Positions 7,656-12,380 of a DNA stretch of 12,380 bases are shown in pieces. The stretch comes from Alphaproteobacteria bacterium. GTDB taxonomy: Bacteria > Pseudomonadota > Alphaproteobacteria > UBA2966. A program made the translations under genes and the position numbers. Numbering within the stretch: position 1 is the stretch's first letter; each line of letters opens with the position of its first letter. The stretch is taken from positions 1 to 12,380 of the forward strand of contig JASLXG010000117.1 of assembly GCA_030740435.1 (NCBI GenBank), read 5' to 3'. The notes beneath the pieces were generated by a model. The model saw only the letters and a program-made list of their open reading frames with translations. It was not told the DNA's origin and did not search any database.

Positions 7656-7720
7656 AGTAGATTTGAAATCAGCGACGCATCTCTCAACGAAGACGTCGTA
7701 CCAACACAGGTGACTTGATC

Positions 7721-10537
7721 ATGGTGGAAATCGGCATTGCTCTGTTCATTTCCGCGATCGTCGTTCTGGCGATCCTCTACATCATCTCGATCTGGGTCTA
7801 CAAACGGGCGCCGGCCAACATGGGCTTCATCCGCACCGGCTTCCTCGGCACCAAGGTCTGCCTGGGACGCGGCGCCATGGTGCTGCCCGTCTTCCACGAG
7901 GTCAGCTGGATCTCGCTGGAGACCATCAAGCTGATCATCAGCCGTTCGCGCGACCAGGCGGTGCTGACCTCGGACAAGATCCGCATCGACGTGGTGGCCG
8001 AGCTATATGCCCATGTCGGCCGCACCGAAGACGACCTGCTGACGGCCAGCCGCAGCCTGGGCGAGAAGACTTTCGATGCCGAGAAAGTGCGCAATCTTCT
8101 CGAAGCCAAGGTGATCGGCGCCATTCGCAGCTATGCAGCCACCAAGACGCTCAGCGAATTGCACGAAAACCGCGACGTCTTCGCCCAGCAGATCAAGGAA
8201 ACCGTGATCCAAAGCTTCAAGTCCAACGGGCTGGTTTTGGAGGAAGTGACGGTCGTCACCCTGGAGCAAACCGGCAAGGAATACTTCAAATCCGACAACG
8301 TCTTCGATGCCGAGGGCCTGAAGATCATCACCGACATCACCTCGGATGCGCGGCGCAAGGTCCACGACACCGAAAAACGCACCACCGTGGCTATCCGCCA
8401 GAAGGACCTGGACACCCAACTAGAGCTCTTGGAGATCGAGCGCCAGGAGGCCTTCGCCCGGGCCGGACAGGACAAGGCGGTGTCCAACGAACAGGCGCTG
8501 CAGTTGGGCGAAAAACAGATCTACATGCTGGACCAGCGCAAATCCGTCGAAGAAAAGGAAATACAGAACGAGGTCGAGCTCGAGGGTATGCGCACCGACC
8601 GCGATATCGCCATCACCGAGGAGGCACGCAAGCGGGAATCGTCGGACATCGAGAAGACGCTGAAGCTGGAGCAGGAGCGGCGCGACAAGGAAATCAAACT
8701 GATCGCCAAGGCGCGGGAGGAAGAGCTCGCCAACATCCAGCGCAATCTGGCGCTCGAGAAGGCCGAAAAGGAACGCCAGATCGAACTGATCGGCAAGACC
8801 GAGCAACAAGAAGTCGCCGAGGTCAACCGCCAGCTCTCCCGCGAAAGCGCCGAGCGCGATCGTGACATAGAACTCATCACCAAGGAACGCGAACGCCAGC
8901 AGGCCGACATCCAGCGCTTGACCCAGGTCACCGAGGCCGAAGAGGCGGCGCGCAACGAACGCCACGCCGCGGCCGAGGCGACCATCATTTCGATGCGCCA
9001 GCGCAGCCTGGAGACCAAGCTTGCCACCCTCGACCTCGACAAGGACGAGGCCTTTGCCGCGGCCCAGCAAGAACAAGAAGTGTCCAACGAAAAGGCCCGG
9101 GTGCTAAGCGAGAAGCAGCGCTTCATCCTGGAACGCCGCTGGGAGGTGGAAGAGGAGGAGATCAACAAGGATCTCTCCGTCGAGAAGGCCCGTATCCAGA
9201 AGGACGCTTCGGTCATCGATCAGACCAAGCAGCGCGAGGCCGCCGAGATCCGCCGGCAATTGGCCCGAGAGCAGGAGGAGCGCGATCGCGAGATCGCCCT
9301 GGTGGCCAAGGCGGAGGAGCTCGAGCGGGCCGAGATCAAGCGCCGTCTGGCGCACCAACAGGAGGACCGCGACCGCGAGATCGCCGTCGTGGCCAAGGAC
9401 GAGGAACTAAGGCGTGCCGAGATCCAGCAGACGCTGAATGTCGAGCTGGCCGAACGCGACCGGCAGATCTCGTTGATCGCCAAGGAGAAGGACCGCGAAA
9501 CCGCCGACATCCGGCGCTTCCTGGCACGCGAGACGGAGGAGCGCGATCGCGAGGTGGCGCTGGTCAAGAAGACGCAGGAGCTCGAGGCGGTCGAGGTCAA
9601 GCGGCTGCAGACCACGGCGGAGCGCGAAAAGGCCGAGCACCAGGCCGAATCGGTGCGCGTGGTGGCCGATGCCGAGCGCGGCAAGGAGGTCGAGCGCATT
9701 GTTGCCCAGCAGGCCGCCGAGACCCGGCGCATCGAGGAGGAGAACAAGGCCGACATCACGCGCATGCACATGGTGACCCAGGCCGAGGCCCGCAAACTCT
9801 CGGCCGCCGAGGAGGCCAGCGCCACCACCATCCGCGCCAAGGCCACCTCGGATGCCCAGAAGATCTCGGCCGAGGGGATAGAGCGCGAGGCCGGCGCCCG
9901 GGGCCGGGCCGAGATGCACATCGAGACGCTGCGGGTGGAAAACACCCAGCGCCTCTTCAAGGCCGAGGCCAGCGGCATCGAAGCCAAGGCCGACGCCCTC
10001 AAGAAGTACAACGAGGCGGCCACCTTCCTGGAGTTGGCCAAGCTGCACATCGAGGCCGAGCGCGACATCCACATCGACCAGGCCAAGGCCATGGGCAGCG
10101 CCCTTTCGGGCGCCCAGATCCGCATGTATGGCGGCGGCGACGGTACCGTCGACACCATCCGCGGCATGTTCACCCAGGGTTTTGCCCTGGGCGAGATCCT
10201 CGAGGGCGTGGCCCAGTCGCTGCCCGAGGGCTTGCGCAGCCGTTTCTCCTCGAACGGCATCCGCGGCCTTTTCGGGCGGCCCTACAAGGAGGGCCAGTTC
10301 AAGGTCATGGTCGAGGACTTGACGCGCCTGGTGCGCCAGACCATGAGCACAGCCAAGGACCGTAACCTGCCCTTCACCCAGGCCGTGGCGCAACTCGAGG
10401 AGGCCGCTGGCGAGGATCAGGAACTGGGCCGCGCCATCGGCCTTCTCAAGGAGGCCAACGAAGCCGGCGTCTTCGACGAGGTGCCCTTCGAGAAGGTCTG
10501 GTCGCTGCTGCTGGCCACTGCCAAGGCCGCAGATTAG
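7721..10537 (+). CDS. Flotillin/SPFH (band-7) family membrane protein, YqiK/FloT-like, with expanded repeat-containing coiled-coil (939 aa)
   Basis: An N-terminal TM helix (VEIGIALFISAIVVLAILYIISIWVY) is followed by an SPFH domain (GFIRTGFLG...VLPVFHEVSWISLETIKL...). A ~500-aa charged coiled coil (E/R/A/K/Q-rich) follows. A flotillin-type C-terminal domain ends the protein (MYGGGDGTVDTIRGMFTQGFALGEILEGV). AGGTGA (7708-7713) lies 7 nt before the ATG at 7721. The TTG at 7715 in the ORF track is less likely. Confidence 0.85.
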   Translation: MVEIGIALFISAIVVLAILYIISIWVYKRAPANMGFIRTGFLGTKVCLGRGAMVLPVFHEVSWISLETIKLIISRSRDQAVLTSDKIRIDVVAELYAHVGRTEDDLLTASRSLGEKTFDAEKVRNLLEAKVIGAIRSYAATKTLSELHENRDVFAQQIKETVIQSFKSNGLVLEEVTVVTLEQTGKEYFKSDNVFDAEGLKIITDITSDARRKVHDTEKRTTVAIRQKDLDTQLELLEIERQEAFARAGQDKAVSNEQALQLGEKQIYMLDQRKSVEEKEIQNEVELEGMRTDRDIAITEEARKRESSDIEKTLKLEQERRDKEIKLIAKAREEELANIQRNLALEKAEKERQIELIGKTEQQEVAEVNRQLSRESAERDRDIELITKERERQQADIQRLTQVTEAEEAARNERHAAAEATIISMRQRSLETKLATLDLDKDEAFAAAQQEQEVSNEKARVLSEKQRFILERRWEVEEEEINKDLSVEKARIQKDASVIDQTKQREAAEIRRQLAREQEERDREIALVAKAEELERAEIKRRLAHQQEDRDREIAVVAKDEELRRAEIQQTLNVELAERDRQISLIAKEKDRETADIRRFLARETEERDREVALVKKTQELEAVEVKRLQTTAEREKAEHQAESVRVVADAERGKEVERIVAQQAAETRRIEEENKADITRMHMVTQAEARKLSAAEEASATTIRAKATSDAQKISAEGIEREAGARGRAEMHIETLRVENTQRLFKAEASGIEAKADALKKYNEAATFLELAKLHIEAERDIHIDQAKAMGSALSGAQIRMYGGGDGTVDTIRGMFTQGFALGEILEGVAQSLPEGLRSRFSSNGIRGLFGRPYKEGQFKVMVEDLTRLVRQTMSTAKDRNLPFTQAVAQLEEAAGEDQELGRAIGLLKEANEAGVFDEVPFEKVWSLLLATAKAAD
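8683..9625 (+). repeat. Intragenic tandem repeats, 87-bp / 29-aa period, two blocks (approx. 8683-8890 and 9278-9625) within the flotillin coiled-coil
   Basis: Repeat starts recur at 87-bp spacing: 8683 (cgcgacaaggaaatcaaactgatcgccaag), 8770, 8857, and 9278 (gagcgcgatcgcgagatcgccctggtggccaag), 9365, 9452, 9539. The protein units are RDREIALVAKAEELERAEIKRRLAHQQED, RDREIAVVAKDEELRRAEIQQTLNVELAE, RDRQISLIAKEKDRETADIRRFLARETEE and RDREVALVKKTQELEAVEVKRLQTTAERE. Confidence 0.75.
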
Positions 10538-10554
10538 TTCCTTGACAATCGATC

Positions 10555-10631
10555 CCGGCCACCCGCTCCCCCTCCCAACTACCCACAGGGTACCATCGAT
10601 GGGTGGGTGGGAGGGGGAGCGGGTGGCCGGG
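10555..10631. repeat. 77-bp GC-rich imperfect palindrome (stem ~23 bp perfect + ~6 bp, ~14-nt loop) in flotillin–ABC intergenic region; no U-tract
   Basis: ccggccacccgctccccctccca (10555-10577) is the exact reverse complement of tgggagggggagcgggtggccgg (10609-10631). acccac (10580-10585) pairs with gtgggt (10601-10606). The loop contains GGTACC and ATCGAT. The right arm reads GGGTGGGTGGGAGGGGGAGCGGGTGG. No T-run follows on either strand. Confidence 0.7.
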
Positions 10632-10661
10632 CCCGGTAGCAACGAGTTGCGGTAGAGCCCA

Positions 10662-11756
10662 ATGGCCGAGCACGACGTCGTCCTGGAGAACGTCTCCAAG
10701 ACCTTTCCGGGCGAGGTTCACGCCGTCATCGATTTCAACGCCCAATTCGAGAAGGGTGAATTCGTCGCCATGCTGGGCCCCTCGGGCTGCGGCAAGACCA
10801 CGACGCTGCGCATGATCGGCGGCCTCGAGGAGGTCACCCGGGGCAATATCTTCATCGCCGGGGAGAACGTCACCGACCTGCCGCCCTCGCATCGCGACAC
10901 GGCCATGATGTTCCAGAGCTTCGCCCTGTTCCCCCACCGCACGGTTTTCCAGAACATCGAGTTCAGCCTCAAGATGCAGGGCCTGGCCCGGGAGGAGCGC
11001 GACCGCCGCACCTGGGAAATGGTCGAGATGGTGGGGCTGAGCGAGCTGGCGGGGCGCCGGCCGCACGACCTCAGCGGCGGCCAGCAGCAGCGTGTCGCCC
11101 TGGGCCGGGCCCTGATCTCGAAGCCCACGGTGCTGCTCTTGGACGAGCCGCTGGGCTCGCTCGACTACAACCTGCGCCAGACCATGATGGTCGAGCTCAA
11201 GAAAATCCAGCGCGAGACCGGCATCACCTTCATCATGGTGACGCATTCGCAGCAGGAAGCCATGTCGATGGCCGACAAGGTCATCGTCATGAGCGACGCC
11301 ATCATCCAGCAGACCGGCACGTCGCGGGAAATCCACGAGGAGCCGCGGACGAAATTCGTGGCCGAATTCATCGGCAACAACAACATCTTCGCCGGCACCA
11401 TCAAGTCGCGCTCGGGCTCGATCGTTTTCGTAGAATCCGAAGACGCCACCTACTACGTGCGCATACCCGAATATGTTCGCACCGTGCGGCTGGGCGAGAA
11501 GGTCCATTTTTCCGTCCGGGCCGACCTCTTGTCCACCGGCGAGCACCCCGAGATGGCTAACCGGGTGCGCGGCAGCTACATCACCACCGAATTCATGGGC
11601 ACCCTCGAGACCGACGTCTTCGAGGTCTCGGATGGCCTTTTCGTGCACGTCGAGCAGCACCGCCATTTGAGCGACCGGGTCTACAACATGGGCGAGCAGG
11701 AAACCATCTGCTGGCCGGCCGAGGCCGGCGTTCTGCTCGAGCGGGCGGGGCAGTAG
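10662..11756 (+). CDS. ABC transporter ATP-binding protein, PotA/ModC/Fe(III)-importer type with C-terminal TOBE-like domain
   Basis: Walker A GPSGCGKTT, Q-loop MMFQSFALFPH, signature LSGGQQQRVALGRAL, Walker B VLLLDEPLGSLD and H-loop VTHSQ are all present. The C-terminal ~120 aa after EFIGNNNIF are typical of importer ATPases of the PotA/MalK class. Confidence 0.9.
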   Translation: MAEHDVVLENVSKTFPGEVHAVIDFNAQFEKGEFVAMLGPSGCGKTTTLRMIGGLEEVTRGNIFIAGENVTDLPPSHRDTAMMFQSFALFPHRTVFQNIEFSLKMQGLAREERDRRTWEMVEMVGLSELAGRRPHDLSGGQQQRVALGRALISKPTVLLLDEPLGSLDYNLRQTMMVELKKIQRETGITFIMVTHSQQEAMSMADKVIVMSDAIIQQTGTSREIHEEPRTKFVAEFIGNNNIFAGTIKSRSGSIVFVESEDATYYVRIPEYVRTVRLGEKVHFSVRADLLSTGEHPEMANRVRGSYITTEFMGTLETDVFEVSDGLFVHVEQHRHLSDRVYNMGEQETICWPAEAGVLLERAGQ

Positions 11757-11779
11757 AGGGCGCGGAACGCCGACGAGGG

Positions 11780-12380
11780 TCAGATCCCGTGCGTCACTAC
11801 GTGGTTGCGGCCCTGGTCTTTGGCGGCGTAGAGGCCCTTGTCGGCGCGGGCCAGGGCCGGGTCGATGGTGGGCTCGTCGGGGTCCCAGGCGGCAACGCCA
11901 ATGCTGGTCGTCAGCTCGAAGTCCTTGCCGTCCCAGGCGAAAGGCCGGCCGGCGATGCGCTGGCGGATGCGTTCGGCGATGTCGGCACCGCCGACCAATC
12001 CGGTTTCCGGCAGCAAGAGAGCGAACTCCTCTCCCCCCACCCGCCCCAGGACGTCGGCGGCGCGAAGCTCGCCGACCACCGCCTCGACGACCAGCCTGAG
12101 CGCCGCATCACCGCAAGCGTGGCCGTAGGTGTCGTTGACGGCCTTGAAATGGTCCAGGTCGATCATGGCCACCGTGAGCTCGCGGCCATGGCGCCGGGCC
12201 CGCTCGACCTCGCGCACCGCCATCTCGGCGAAATGCCTGGACGATCTGGCTATGGAGGTCGCGCCGCCTCAGGCCGGCGCTGTAGATGCCGATGGGTGCC
12301 TGGGGCCAGAGCGCCATCATCTGGGCGAAGTTCTGGGCGATCAGCTCCTTGACGTGGGTCAGCATCAGCACCCGGGTGTC
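11780..12380 (-). pseudogene. GGDEF-domain diguanylate cyclase, apparently frameshifted near 12225-12270; 5' end off-window
   Basis: The frame ending at 11780 encodes an intact GGDEF core (IDLDHFKAVNDTYGHACGD...RVGGEEFALLLP...YAAKDQGRNHV). It is closed upstream by a stop at 12269-12271. The protein-like upstream sequence (DTRVLMLTHVKELIAQNF...IGIYSAGLRRRDLHSQIVQAF, high GC3) continues in the -1 frame to the window edge. The 'LTGLxNRR' region is split across two frames. Confidence 0.55.

Noticed and set aside
7715-7720. TTG start (7715) for the flotillin gene as given in the ORF track
   Set aside because: The ATG at 7721 has an AGGTGA Shine-Dalgarno at optimal 7-nt spacing. TTG at 7715 would place the SD only 1 nt from the start codon.
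10541-10631. MITE / small insertion element interpretation of the 77-bp palindrome (ATCGAT direct repeats at 10548 and 10595, TTGACA at 10542)
   Set aside because: The ATCGAT copies do not flank the whole inverted-repeat unit as target-site duplications would, and no transposase is nearby. Only one comparable element occurs in the window, and it shares only a short core. The TTGACA hexamer has no -10 partner at 16-18 bp spacing. Reported instead as an unexplained structured palindrome.
9220-11666. Large minus-strand ORFs (9220..10260, 9407..10699, 10446..11666) antisense to flotillin and ABC ATPase
   Set aside because: Their composition is junk: Ser/Arg-rich (9220..10260) or Gly/Leu/Ala-rich (9407..10699, 10446..11666). 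The + strand genes carry unambiguous SPFH/flotillin and Walker A/B/signature motifs.

Overview
This is a high-GC (~65%) chromosomal window, probably proteobacterial, tightly packed with genes and showing no mobile-element, CRISPR, tRNA or rRNA signatures. Reading left to right, the first three genes on the + strand appear to be translationally coupled. They are a polysaccharide-deacetylase/NodB-fold (CE4, possibly PuuE-like) gene (50..1078), a 107-aa CxxC small protein (1106..1429) and a CobW/COG0523 G3E GTPase metallochaperone (1426..2475, ATGA overlap). A GC-rich hairpin terminator follows, serving a convergent minus-strand gene for a 4-TM membrane protein (2560..3078). After a 190-bp divergent intergenic region comes a tightly coupled pair (3-nt gap). 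These are an ATP-dependent hydantoinase/oxoprolinase A-subunit gene (hyuA-like, 3267..5336) and a B-subunit gene (hyuB-like, 5340..7655). The B subunit carries an unusual ~185-aa N-terminal extension whose motifs resemble the Rad52/Rad22 single-strand-annealing fold. Next is a 939-aa flotillin/SPFH (YqiK/FloT-like) membrane protein (7721..10537) with 29-aa (87-bp) tandem coiled-coil repeats. It is followed by a 77-bp GC-rich palindrome carrying G-quadruplex motifs, a PotA-like ABC transporter ATPase with no adjacent permease (10662..11756), and a convergent minus-strand GGDEF diguanylate cyclase that appears frameshifted (11780..>12380). All large antisense ORFs in the six-frame track are high-GC shadow ORFs. 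The most interesting items are the Rad52-like/HyuB fusion, the CE4–small protein–COG0523 module next to hydantoinase genes, and the repeat-expanded flotillin.
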